From Candidatus Vogelbacteria bacterium RIFOXYD1_FULL_51_18 (GTDB lineage Bacteria; Patescibacteriota; Minisyncoccia; Phycocordibacterales; UBA9988), in NCBI GenBank assembly GCA_001823095.1, contig MHTL01000014.1, positions 1,881 through 65,880 on the forward strand: 64,000 nt of DNA, read 5' to 3'. A program made the position numbers and the translations under genes. A model generated the notes under the pieces. That model did not search any database and had not been told where the DNA came from. It saw nothing but the letters and a program-made list of their open reading frames with translations. This document shows, one piece after another, positions 20,201 to 31,552 of this stretch (within the stretch, counting starts at the first letter, position 1; every line of letters starts with the position of its first letter).

Positions 20201-20421
20201 TTGGAGAAATGGAAGTCTGGGCGCTGGAGGGTTACGGCGCCGCCTACACATTGCGCGAGATGCTCACTATCAAGTCAGACGACATTAGCGGGCGCTCGCA
20301 GGCCTTTGACTCAATTGTGAAGGGAGAGCATATTAAAGCCCCTTCCATTCCCGCATCGTTCAACGTATTACTCAATGAGCTCCGCGGGCTCGCGCTTGAC
20401 GTCGAGCTGGAAAACCTATAA
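17263..20421 (+). CDS. rpoB: DNA-directed RNA polymerase subunit beta (compact, 1052 aa)
   Basis: Full set of RpoB conserved blocks, including the C-terminal [20 protein letters not shown]. Confidence 0.95.
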   Translation: [1052 protein letters not shown]

Positions 20422-20425
20422 TCAT

Positions 20426-23400
20426 ATGCCACAAAAAGAGATAAAAACGGACTTTAATGCCATCTCGCTCAAGCTCGCTTCGCCCGAGCGGATCCGCGAG
20501 TGGTCCTGCGGCGAGGTGACCAAGCCGGAAACGATTAACTATCGCACCCAACGCAGTGAGCGCGGCGGCCTCTTTGATGAAAAAATATTCGGCCCCGAGA
20601 AAGACTATGAGTGCTACTGCGGCAAGTATCGCCGCATCCGCTATAAGGATATCATTTGCGAAAAATGCGGAGTAGAAGTCACGCGCTCCATTGTGCGTCG
20701 TGAACGCATGGGACACATTGAACTGGCGAGTCCTGTGGCGCATATCTGGTTTCTGCGCGGCGTTCCCTCGCGTATTGGGATGGTGCTCAACCTCTCGGTA
20801 AGCGATTTGGAGAAAGTCATCTACTTTGCCGGCTACATCATCACCCGCGTGAATGAGGAGGAGAAAGCGGAGCTTCTCAAGCGTTTGGACTCTGAATTTA
20901 AAGCAAAGAGCAAGTCGCTCACGGGAAAAGAGGATACCGAGAAACTCCGCGATGCGCTTTTGGATGCCAAACGCGAAGTAGAGTCTCTCGTCAAATGGCG
21001 CGTCCTTGACGAGATGAGCTACCATCGCTACTCTATGAAGTACGCAACTGTCTTTGAAGCGGGCATCGGCGCCGAAGCGATACACAACATCTTCAAGGGC
21101 ATTGACCTCACTGCGTTGGCGCAGGAACTCTCGCAGAACCTGGTCAAGGCAAGCTCCCTGGACCGCGCAAAAATCCAAAAGCGCTACAACCTTTTCAAAT
21201 CCATGATCCAGTCCGGCGTGCGGCCCGAGTGGATGTTCATTACCGTCGTGCCAGTCATCCCGCCGGCGCTTCGGCCCATGGTTGCTCTCGACGGCGGCCG
21301 GCACGCGACCTCTGACGTCAACGACCTCTATCGCCGCGTGATTAATCGCAATAACCGCCTCAAGAAGCTCAAGGACTTGAGCGCGCCGGATGTAATTCTC
21401 CGCAACGAGAAGCGCATTCTGCAAGAGGCAGTTGACGATCTATTGGACAATTCCATTCATGCGCGCCAGAGCGCGACCAGCCAGGCCAGGGCGCGCACTC
21501 TCAAGTCGCTCTCCGACAGTATCAAGGGCAAGCAGGGCCGCTTTAGGCAGAATCTCCTAGGCAAGCGCGTTGACTACTCCGGCCGCAGCGTAATCGTCGT
21601 CGGCCCAGAACTCAAGCTTGACCAGTGTGGACTCCCCAAGCACATGGCGCTGGAGCTCTTCCGCCCCTTTGTGATAGGGAAGCTCCTTGAAGCCGAACTT
21701 GCCTACAACATCCGTGGCGCGGGCAAGCTTATTGAAGAGGAAATCCCGGAGGTATGGGCAATCCTTGAAGATGTCATTCGCGAAAAGTACGTGCTCCTCA
21801 ACCGCGCGCCGACCCTGCACCGCCTCGGTATTCAGGCTTTCCGTCCCGTGCTCATTGAAGGCAATGCCATCCAGGTGCACCCCATGGTCTGTGCCGCATT
21901 TAATGCCGACTTTGACGGCGACCAGATGGCCGTGCACGTGCCCTTGGGCAATGCCGCCCAGCGCGAAGCGCGCGAACTTATTGCCTCGCGCAAGAATCTC
22001 CTGCGTCCGGGCTCGGGGGACCCTGTGGTCAATCCCACTCTAGACATGGTGCTCGGCGTATATTGGATGACGAAAGAAATGCCCGGAGAGAATGGGGAAG
22101 GCGGGGTATACGCTGACTATGAGAGCGCACTCCTCGCGCATGACTTTGGTGTCCTGTCTCTCAGGGCAAAAATCAGTGTGCAGAAGCCGACTGCCAAAAA
22201 GTTTGAGAGCTTCCCTGAAGGCAGGATTGAAACCACGCTTGGCCGTCTCATGTGGAATGCCATCTTCCCGGACGACTTCCCCTTCATGAACGGCGAGGTG
22301 ACGAGAAAGGATGTTGCCGAAGTGGTCTCGCGCGTCTTTGACCTCTACGGAGCGGAGCAGACCCCAGATATTTTAGACAAGATTAAGTATTTTGGCTTTC
22401 ACTACGCGACAGTCTCCGGCATCACCTGGGGTATTGACGACGTGAGCGTCCCCAAAAACAAAGGAAAGATTATTGAAGAGTCCAAGAAGGAAGCCCTCGC
22501 CATTGAGGAGCAGTATGCCGATGGACTCCTCTCCGAGGAAGAGCGCTACCGCATGGTGATTGAAGTCTGGCAACGCGCCAAGATGCGCATTGACAAGGAT
22601 GTCCCACAGGCATTGCCGACAAACGGCCCCGTAAGCGATATGCTCCATTCCGGCGCACGCGGCTCCATCAATCAAGTAAGCCAAATGGCAGGCATGAAGG
22701 GTCTCATCATCAACCCCGCGGGGCGGCTCGTGGACTACCCGATCATCCCTTCGTACAAGGAGGGTCTCTCACCGATTGAATACTTCGTCACCACGCATGG
22801 CTCGCGCAAGACGCTCGCCGACACGGCGCTCAACACCGCCAAGGCGGGCTACCTGACGCGTAAGCTCGTTGACGTGTCGCAGGACGTCGTTGTCCGCGAG
22901 GGAGACTGCGGCACTAAGGAAGGGAAAAAGATTTCGCTTGAGAATATTCCCGTCTTTGATTCCGGCATCGGGAACACCGTCCGCGGCCGCATCCTTGCCG
23001 CAGACATGCTCTCTCCCGACGGCACAACGCTCTTTTCCCGCGGCCACTTGGTGAGCAAGGCGGACGCAAAAAAAATTGATGAGGCGAAGGTTTCCGAGGC
23101 GATCGTGCGCTCGTCGCTCACCTGCAAGTCGCTTGAAGGGATCTGCACGTCCTGTTACGGCATAGATCTGGGGCGCGGGAGGCTTGTGGCATCGGGCGAG
23201 ACCGTCGGTATCGTGGCGGCGCAGGCCATTGGCGAGCCGGGCACCCAGCTTACCATGCGCACCAAGCACTCGGGAGGCGTTGACACCAAGGGCGATATCG
23301 TCGGGGGCCTCCCGCGCGTTGAGGAGATTTTTGAGCGCCGCACGCCGAAAAACCCCGCCGTTCTTTCTGAAGTTGACGGGACCGTGACGGAAATCAAAAC

Positions 23401-24043
23401 TTCAGGTCGTGAACGCGTTATCACCTTGCTCCCCGACATCGAAAGCAAGAAGAAGAAGGACGCGAGCTTCCAGTACTCGGTGCTCTTCCCGCGTACGGTT
23501 ACCGTTGCGGAAGGCGACCGGGTGAAGAAGGGGGAACCCCTCACCGACGGACCCATCATCATCCCTGACCTCTTTAAGTTTGCCGGCAAAGCCGCAACGG
23601 AAGACTATATTTTGAAGGAAATTGAGAGTATCTACCACTTGCAAGGCGCATCTATCTCACGCAAGCATATTGAGGTGGTCATTCGGCAGATGTTTAGCCG
23701 CAGGAAGATTAAGACGGCAGGCGACACACACTTTGTGTCCGGAGAAATTGTTGAGCTACGCGAACTCTCCGAGGAGAACGACCGCATTGCGCAGGAGGGC
23801 GGCGAAGCCGCGACGGAGGATATTATTGTGCTCGGCATTACCGAGGTTGCGCTCAACACGGAGAGTTTCCTCTCGGCTGCATCCTTCCAGAACACCACGC
23901 GCATTCTTATTGATACTGCCGTCAAGGGTGGCATGGATCACTTGCGCGGACTCAAAGAGAACGTCATTGTCGGACGTCTCATACCGGCGGGCACGAGCCT
24001 GCAGTCAGATTTTGCGCTTGAAGACAAGCAAGAGGACTTTTGA
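20426..24043 (+). CDS. rpoC: DNA-directed RNA polymerase subunit beta'
   Basis: Zinc finger CYCGKY...CEKCGVEV and the [14 protein letters not shown] catalytic motif; start at MPQKEIK, 4 nt after the rpoB stop. Confidence 0.95.
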   Translation: MPQKEIKTDFNAISLKLASPERIREWSCGEVTKPETINYRTQRSERGGLFDEKIFGPEKDYECYCGKYRRIRYKDIICEKCGVEVTRSIVRRERMGHIELASPVAHIWFLRGVPSRIGMVLNLSVSDLEKVIYFAGYIITRVNEEEKAELLKRLDSEFKAKSKSLTGKEDTEKLRDALLDAKREVESLVKWRVLDEMSYHRYSMKYATVFEAGIGAEAIHNIFKGIDLTALAQELSQNLVKASSLDRAKIQKRYNLFKSMIQSGVRPEWMFITVVPVIPPALRPMVALDGGRHATSDVNDLYRRVINRNNRLKKLKDLSAPDVILRNEKRILQEAVDDLLDNSIHARQSATSQARARTLKSLSDSIKGKQGRFRQNLLGKRVDYSGRSVIVVGPELKLDQCGLPKHMALELFRPFVIGKLLEAELAYNIRGAGKLIEEEIPEVWAILEDVIREKYVLLNRAPTLHRLGIQAFRPVLIEGNAIQVHPMVCAAFNADFDGDQMAVHVPLGNAAQREARELIASRKNLLRPGSGDPVVNPTLDMVLGVYWMTKEMPGENGEGGVYADYESALLAHDFGVLSLRAKISVQKPTAKKFESFPEGRIETTLGRLMWNAIFPDDFPFMNGEVTRKDVAEVVSRVFDLYGAEQTPDILDKIKYFGFHYATVSGITWGIDDVSVPKNKGKIIEESKKEALAIEEQYADGLLSEEERYRMVIEVWQRAKMRIDKDVPQALPTNGPVSDMLHSGARGSINQVSQMAGMKGLIINPAGRLVDYPIIPSYKEGLSPIEYFVTTHGSRKTLADTALNTAKAGYLTRKLVDVSQDVVVREGDCGTKEGKKISLENIPVFDSGIGNTVRGRILAADMLSPDGTTLFSRGHLVSKADAKKIDEAKVSEAIVRSSLTCKSLEGICTSCYGIDLGRGRLVASGETVGIVAAQAIGEPGTQLTMRTKHSGGVDTKGDIVGGLPRVEEIFERRTPKNPAVLSEVDGTVTEIKTSGRERVITLLPDIESKKKKDASFQYSVLFPRTVTVAEGDRVKKGEPLTDGPIIIPDLFKFAGKAATEDYILKEIESIYHLQGASISRKHIEVVIRQMFSRRKIKTAGDTHFVSGEIVELRELSEENDRIAQEGGEAATEDIIVLGITEVALNTESFLSAASFQNTTRILIDTAVKGGMDHLRGLKENVIVGRLIPAGTSLQSDFALEDKQEDF

Positions 24044-24049
24044 TGAAAA

Positions 24050-24085
24050 GACACCGAGTGTTTAGGTGCCCCAACACTCGGTGTC
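24050..24085 (+). terminator. hairpin terminator after rpoC (13-bp stem gacaccgagtgtt / aacactcggtgtc)
   Basis: Begins 7 nt after the rpoC stop; member of the ACACCGAGTGT stem family. Confidence 0.6.
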
Positions 24086-24098
24086 TCTCATTATACAT

Positions 24099-25830
24099 AT
24101 GCAGACTCCCGTTGAACAAATCAAGGAGCGGCTCTCCATCGTGGATGTGGTGGGGGAGTATGTAAAGCTCGAGCGCGCGGGCAAGGCCTTTCGTACGCGT
24201 TGCCCCTTCCATAACGAGAAGACCGCATCCTTTTACGTCTCGCCAGAGCGCGGGAGCTGGCACTGTTTTGGCTGTCACCGCGGGGGCGACATCTTTAGCT
24301 TTATGCAGGAGATAGAGGGCTATGATTTCCGCGCCGCGCTTGAAGCGCTCGCAACCCGCGCGGGAGTGACGCTTACAAACGTCAATCCCAAAGAGCAGTC
24401 GCTGAAGCACGAACTCTTGCGGCTCCTGGAAGAAGCGACGCTTTTTTATCAGCGTGCGCTCCTTACCACTGCGGAGCCGAAGGAATACCTTAAGAACCGT
24501 GGCATCGTCGCAGAGAGCGTGCGGCGTTTTCGCATCGGCTACGCGCCGCGCGAGTGGCGCGCTCTCTTTGACCATCTGAAGAGCAAGGGATTCAGCCCCG
24601 CGCGCATAGAGGATAGCGGCCTTGCCGTACGGCGGGGTGATAGCAGTGTATCACTCGGCGCCGGGCACTACGATCGATTCCGCGGGCGCATCATCTTCCC
24701 CATCGGCAATACCGAAGGGTCGGTTATCGGCTTCTCGGGCAGAATCCTGCCCGGAGCGGATACTGATACAGAGAAGGAAGCTAAGTACATTAACACGCCG
24801 CAGACGGCGCTCTATGACAAGTCGCGGGCGCTCTTTGGCTACCGCGAAGCGAAGGAGTCAATCCGCCATGAGGACCTTGCCATATTGGTAGAAGGTCAGA
24901 TGGATGTGGTGCTCTCGCACCAAGCAGGAGTGCGCAATGTAGTTGCGGTCTCCGGCACTGCACTTACCACGGGGCACCTCGGGATTCTGTGGCGGCTTAC
25001 CGAGAAGCTCCTCATGGCCTTTGACGCAGACGCCGCAGGAATTGCCGCCGCAGAGCGTAGTATCTACACGGCGCTGGAAGCCGGATTTGACGTCTCGGTT
25101 GCAACGCTCCCGGAAGGCAGGGACCCTGCTGACCTCGTGCGGGAGCTTCCCTCGCGCTGGCATGATGCTTTGCAAGGCGCCCTCCATGTGATAGATTTTT
25201 ACCTAACAGTTCTTTCACGCACGGTGCCGGATGTGCGGCAGCGAGGAAGGGCGGTGCGAGAACGCGTACTCCCCTTGGTTAGCCGTCTAAGAAGCGAAAT
25301 AGACAAGGCGCATTTTATAGGCAAGATTGCCGCGTCACTTTCCATCCCCGAAGAGCCGCTCTGGCGGGAACTCTCGCGGGTAAACGCTCCGAAGGGCACG
25401 GGGGAAATCCCACTTGCCGGCAAGATATCTGCGCTTGTTCCGGATCAGCCCGTGAAGACGGCGCAGTCCATTGCCCACGACCGACTCCGCGGCATCTGCT
25501 ACTGGCAAGAGCGTAGCAAGCGCCCCCTGATTGAGGTTGCGGCGCTTACGGAGACGCTTGCCGAATTTGAAGAGGGAGCCTCTGTAGTTTCTGACGCGCG
25601 GAAAGAAGAGCTCATTTTTGAAGCGGAGCAGATGTACGGTTCTGTGGAGAAACTGGACGTTGAAATCAAGTCGCTTCTCCAATCACTCTCGGAGTACCGA
25701 CTCCGAGAGTCCTTCTCCCGCGCGATGGAGGATCTCAAGCGCGCGGAGGTAGCAGGCGATACTGTCGCCGTGCAGACGGCACTCAAGGAATGCCAACGCA
25801 TTACGCAGCAATTAAATAATTTACAACGCC

Positions 25831-25838
<8 letters not shown>
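24099..25838 (+). CDS. dnaG: DNA primase
   Basis: Zinc-binding [14 protein letters not shown]...[11 protein letters not shown], a TOPRIM domain, and a C-terminal helicase-interaction region. Confidence 0.9.
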
Positions 25839-27069
<1,231 letters not shown>

Positions 27070-27131
27070 GCAAAAAGAAAGACCACGCTGGCGAGCCATG
27101 GTGGTCAGTTGCTTTAAAGGGAGATAGAACG

Positions 27132-27341
27132 CTACCAATCAAAATGGTAACCTATTATCCCAAAAAGTATCCCAAAAAAGGCAGTAGGTATACTAACCCA
27201 CAAAGTAGCTCCGAGCCAATCCACCGTCCCTCCAACTTCGAGGATTTGTACCAAAGGAAAGGCACATGCGATCATTACAGTGATCGCTACCGGAATGCCA
27301 AAAGCAAACCCCTTCCCAATCCTACCCCATCTGTTTAGCAT
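27132..27341 (-). CDS. hypothetical small two-TM membrane protein
   Basis: Two hydrophobic helices; no recognised family. Confidence 0.35.
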   Translation of the reverse strand: MLNRWGRIGKGFAFGIPVAITVMIACAFPLVQILEVGGTVDWLGATLWVSIPTAFFGILFGIIGYHFDW

Positions 27342-27441
27342 CGCATCCTCCTCTCAAAGTCCTTTTCACTAGGCGGCGCCTAGGTTTCTGTCTAATAGAC
27401 AGTATAGCATACTGACTATTAAAAGTCAAGTTTTTTTGCAT

Positions 27442-27475
27442 GTACTAATTTATTCACGATCGTGAATAAATTAGT
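27442..27475. repeat. 34-nt perfect palindrome tactaatttatTCACGATCGTGAataaattagta (TCACGATCGTGA-core hairpin family)
   Basis: Exact self-complementarity; lies about 100 nt upstream of the start of the minus-strand gene at 27341. Confidence 0.8.
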
Positions 27476-27836
27476 ATGTTTGTGGGTGATAAAGAACCCC
27501 GTCTAATCTGCTAAAGCAGACGGACGGGGCGAGATGTTAGGTTACTCGAAGTGACTGGAGTCCGACTTCAGTCAATCAGAGCGGTACTTTTTGGCCGGTG
27601 GCCGATGAGCATCTTGCTCTTGGTAATATATGCGCTTGCAGAGGGCGCATGAGTTGATTTCGTTCATGAGCGCTCTCCGTTTGTCAAAATCCACTTCTCC
27701 TGCGGCAAGTTGCTTGATGACTTCTCTTTTTATACATCGATGCACCGTGCTCTGTGTGTTAGATATAGCCGGCACGCTGTCCACCTCCCTTCTTTTTTTA
27801 ATGTAGCACAGAGAAGCTCTGTGGTAAAATAAAAAC

Positions 27837-29102
27837 ATGCGTATACGGAACTTTTATGAACTAGGGAAGACACAGGCGCGACGCGACGCGCTCTCCATCC
27901 TTGAAGCGGGCTACAATGCCATAGACACGCGCACCGTGCTTAAAAAAAAGATTACGAATGATGGCTCTACACTCTGCCTTGATGGTGAAAATTATATCTG
28001 TGCCGAATATGACCGCATCTTTGTCATCGCCATTGGCAAATGCGCCCTTGAGGGCGCAGAGGCGCTAGAAGATATTTTAGGCGATACCATCACCGACGGC
28101 ATTGTCCTGGACTTGCGCGTGGGGCCCTTAAAAAAACTGCGCTCCTACGCAGGCACACACCCCTATCCCAGCGAAATAAATGTGAGCGTCTCGCGCGAAG
28201 TGGTCAAGCTCCTGCGCGGCGTCACCGAGCGCGACCTGGTGCTGGTGCTCATCTCCGGCGGCGGCTCCTCACTCCTTTGTTTGCCTTTTGACATTTCTTG
28301 CGAGGCCTTAGCCGAGCTGACCAAAGAGCTTACGCATAAAGGCGTCGATATCTATGAGCTTAACACGGTGCGCAAACATCTCTCCGAGATCCAGGGCGGC
28401 CACCTCGCGCGCCTTGCATACCCCGCGCATGTCGTCTCGCTCATTTTCTCCGACGTGCCGGGCAACGATATCTCCGTCATTGCATCCGGCCCCACTGTGC
28501 TGGACAAGAGCAGTGCGGACGACGCGCGCGCCGTGCTCACGAAGTACGCTATCAAGGGCGTGGAGCGCCTTTCCGAGACCCCCAAGGACCCTAAGTACTT
28601 TGAGCGCGTGCACAATACGCTCATCCTCACCAATCACGATGCGCTCCTTGCTATGAAGGCCTGCGCCGAGTCCCGGGGCTATAACAGCAAGGTGCTTACG
28701 GAAGATTTGCGTGGCGAGGCGCGCGAGGTGGGCAAGAAGCTCGCAGAGCTCGCGCTCCCATACCGCGCGTGCGCGATTGCCGGCGGCGAGACTACCGTGC
28801 ACATAGCAAACGATGCGGGCTATGGCGGCAGGAACATGGAGGTGGTGCTCGCGGCGTTGCCGCACCTAGACGAGCACAGCGTCATTATTGCGGCGGCGAG
28901 CGACGGCTGGGACAACACCGATATTGCCGGCGCCATCGGCGATAAAAATTTTTTTACGCTCGCAGTGGATAAAAACCTTGATGTGCGGACGCATCTGCGA
29001 GACAATACATCATACAACTTCTTCAGCGCGCTTGGCGCGGGGATCATGACGGGGAGGCTCGGGAGCAATGTATCTGATTTATTCATCGTTCTTAGGGTGT
29101 AA
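27837..29102 (+). CDS. glycerate 2-kinase (MOFRL family)
   Basis: DUF4147 N-domain with LISGGGSSLL and a C-terminal MOFRL domain (GGETTV...). Confidence 0.85.
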   Translation: MRIRNFYELGKTQARRDALSILEAGYNAIDTRTVLKKKITNDGSTLCLDGENYICAEYDRIFVIAIGKCALEGAEALEDILGDTITDGIVLDLRVGPLKKLRSYAGTHPYPSEINVSVSREVVKLLRGVTERDLVLVLISGGGSSLLCLPFDISCEALAELTKELTHKGVDIYELNTVRKHLSEIQGGHLARLAYPAHVVSLIFSDVPGNDISVIASGPTVLDKSSADDARAVLTKYAIKGVERLSETPKDPKYFERVHNTLILTNHDALLAMKACAESRGYNSKVLTEDLRGEAREVGKKLAELALPYRACAIAGGETTVHIANDAGYGGRNMEVVLAALPHLDEHSVIIAAASDGWDNTDIAGAIGDKNFFTLAVDKNLDVRTHLRDNTSYNFFSALGAGIMTGRLGSNVSDLFIVLRV

Positions 29103-29113
29103 AAAAATTTTTT

Positions 29114-31543
29114 ATGAATGACAAAGAGACGCGCAACATCCTCTGGTTTGACCAGGTTGGCAATGATGATGTTGCGCTCGTTGGCGGGAAGAACGCCTCG
29201 CTCGGCGAGATGTACCAGCATCTCGTCCCAAAGGGAATCCGCATTCCCAACGGCTTTGTTATTACCGCGCGCGCCTACCGCGAGTTTGTAAACGAGACGA
29301 GCCTGGCGGCGATGATTCGCGAGACATTAGACGGGCTCAACACTAAAGACATCAGAGACCTGCAGTTGCGCGGCAAAAAAATCCGCGCAGCCTTTAGAGA
29401 AATTGAATTCCCCGCCGATATGGTCGCCGAGATACGCTCTGCCTATCGCGACCTCTCCAACGCCTACCACATGGATGAGGCAGACACGGCAGTGCGCTCC
29501 TCTGCAACCGCGGAGGACCTCCCGGGCGCAAGTTTTGCTGGAGAGCACGAGACGTACCTTAATGTGGTGGGCGAGGAGAAGGTGCTCTACGCCATCCGTG
29601 ACGCGATGGGCTCTCTTTTTACCGATCGCGCCATTTCCTACCGCGTGGACAAGGGCTTTGACCACTGTGCTATCGCGCTCTCCGTGGGCGTGCAGAAAAT
29701 GGTTCGCTCCGACAAAGGGGTGTCGGGCGTCATGTTCACCTTGGATACCGAGAGCGGCTTCAGGAATGTTGTGGAAATCAACGCTTCCTGGGGGCTCGGC
29801 GAGATGGTGGTGCAAGGCAAAGTAACGCCGGACGAGTACCTTGTCTTCAAACCCACTTTTAACCAGGGCTTCCGTCCTATCATCAGGAAAACCTTAGGCT
29901 CGAAAACAGTCAAGATGATTTACTCTACCCATAGTAAACGGCCTGTTCACTCCGCCTCTGGCGGAGTAAGGGAAGTAAAAGTTTCGCCAAAAGAGCGCAA
30001 CCGTTTTGTGCTCACTGATGACGAGATACTCACGCTCTCTCGCTGGGGCATGCAGATTGAGGAGCATTACAGCGGCCGCGCAGGGCACTCCGTACCGATG
30101 GATATGGAATGGGCCAAGGATGGCGAGAGTGGGGAGCTCTACATTGTGCAGGCGCGTCCCGAGACCGTGCAGGCGGAAAAAAAGAATCTCACCCGCACCG
30201 ACTACACGTTGCATACCAACGAGACGCCGATGGTGGAGGGCATCTCGGTAGGCACCAAAATTGTTTCTGGCAAGGCGCGTATCATTACCAAGACCGCAAA
30301 GCTCTACAAGTTCCAGCCCGGCGAAATTCTCATTACCGAGATTACCGACCCCGACTGGGAGCCGATCATGAAAATTGCCACCGCCATCGTCACCGAGAAA
30401 GGCGGGCGCACCTCGCACGCGGCAATCGTCAGCCGCGAGCTTGGCATCCCCGCAGTCATCGGAACGGGGAACGCCACAAAGAAAATCAAGACGGGAGAGC
30501 TTATCACTGTTGACACAAGCAGCGGGAGCGTGGGCCGCGTGTACGAAGGCAAGTTGGAATGGGAGGAGAGCACTTACAACGTCACTGACATCCCCGAGGT
30601 CAAGACTAAACTCTGCCTCAACGTGGGGAGTCCCGAGAGCGCATTTGTGCACTCCTTCCTCCCCAACAAGGGAGTAGGGCTTGCGCGCGAGGAATTCATT
30701 ATCGCCTCGCACATCCGGATTCATCCTCTCGCGCTCATCAATTTCAGTTCGCTCAAGTCTCGCTCCCTCAAAAAAAAGATTAACGAGCTTACTGCCGGCT
30801 ACGACGACAAAGTCGCCTTCTTTGTGGGCAAACTCGCTCAGGGCATTGGCGAGATTGGGGCCGCCTTCTGGCCCAACGATGTGATAGTGCGCTTTTCCGA
30901 CTTTAAGACCAACGAGTACGCGGCGCTTATCGGCGGCGCGGAATATGAGCCCGAGGAAGAAAATCCCATGCTCGGCTGGCGCGGCGCCTCGCGCTACGCC
31001 AATCCGCAATTTGCGCCTGCCTTTGGGCTGGAATGTCAGGCCATCAAAAAGGTGCGCGGCGACTACGGACTCAAGAATGTGCACGTGATGGTGCCCTTTT
31101 GCCGCACGCCGGAAGAAGGCGCGCGCGTGGTGGAGATTATGCGCGAGATGAAATTGCCTAAGGGCGAGGACGGGCTTAAGGTGCACGTGATGTGCGAGAT
31201 ACCCACTAACGTCCTGCGCGCCGATGAATTTTTGGACATCTTTGACGGATTTTCCATTGGCTCCAATGACCTTGCCCAACTCACCCTGGGGCTTGACCGC
31301 GACTCGTCCATTGTTGCGGGCATCTCCAACGAGAACGACCCTGCGGTGCGTACGCTCATTGCGGATGCCATTGCTGCCTGTCAGCGTCGTGGCAAGTATA
31401 TCGGCTTCTGCGGGCAGGCTCCTTCCGACTATCCCGACTTCCTCCGTTTCCTTGTTTCTAAAAAAATTGAGGCGGTATCACTCAATCCTGATTCGCTTGT
31501 CTCCATGACCTTTGAGGTTGCAAAAGAGGAGGAGAGGACGTAG
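29114..31543 (+). CDS. ppsA: phosphoenolpyruvate synthase (pyruvate, water dikinase)
   Basis: N-terminal ATP-grasp/PPDK N domain, phospho-His mobile domain GGRTSHAAIVSRELGIPAVIG, and C-terminal PEP-utilising TIM barrel. Confidence 0.9.
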   Translation: MNDKETRNILWFDQVGNDDVALVGGKNASLGEMYQHLVPKGIRIPNGFVITARAYREFVNETSLAAMIRETLDGLNTKDIRDLQLRGKKIRAAFREIEFPADMVAEIRSAYRDLSNAYHMDEADTAVRSSATAEDLPGASFAGEHETYLNVVGEEKVLYAIRDAMGSLFTDRAISYRVDKGFDHCAIALSVGVQKMVRSDKGVSGVMFTLDTESGFRNVVEINASWGLGEMVVQGKVTPDEYLVFKPTFNQGFRPIIRKTLGSKTVKMIYSTHSKRPVHSASGGVREVKVSPKERNRFVLTDDEILTLSRWGMQIEEHYSGRAGHSVPMDMEWAKDGESGELYIVQARPETVQAEKKNLTRTDYTLHTNETPMVEGISVGTKIVSGKARIITKTAKLYKFQPGEILITEITDPDWEPIMKIATAIVTEKGGRTSHAAIVSRELGIPAVIGTGNATKKIKTGELITVDTSSGSVGRVYEGKLEWEESTYNVTDIPEVKTKLCLNVGSPESAFVHSFLPNKGVGLAREEFIIASHIRIHPLALINFSSLKSRSLKKKINELTAGYDDKVAFFVGKLAQGIGEIGAAFWPNDVIVRFSDFKTNEYAALIGGAEYEPEEENPMLGWRGASRYANPQFAPAFGLECQAIKKVRGDYGLKNVHVMVPFCRTPEEGARVVEIMREMKLPKGEDGLKVHVMCEIPTNVLRADEFLDIFDGFSIGSNDLAQLTLGLDRDSSIVAGISNENDPAVRTLIADAIAACQRRGKYIGFCGQAPSDYPDFLRFLVSKKIEAVSLNPDSLVSMTFEVAKEEERT

Positions 31544-31552
31544 TATGGCGCC

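Noticed and set aside
27572-27838. 88-aa minus-strand ORF upstream of glycerate kinase
   Set aside because: Its start codon overlaps the glycerate kinase start on the opposite strand by 2 nt, and it has no recognisable domain. It is probably spurious or much shorter. The region 27480-27570 downstream contains hairpins that could equally be terminators for the 27132-27341 gene cluster.
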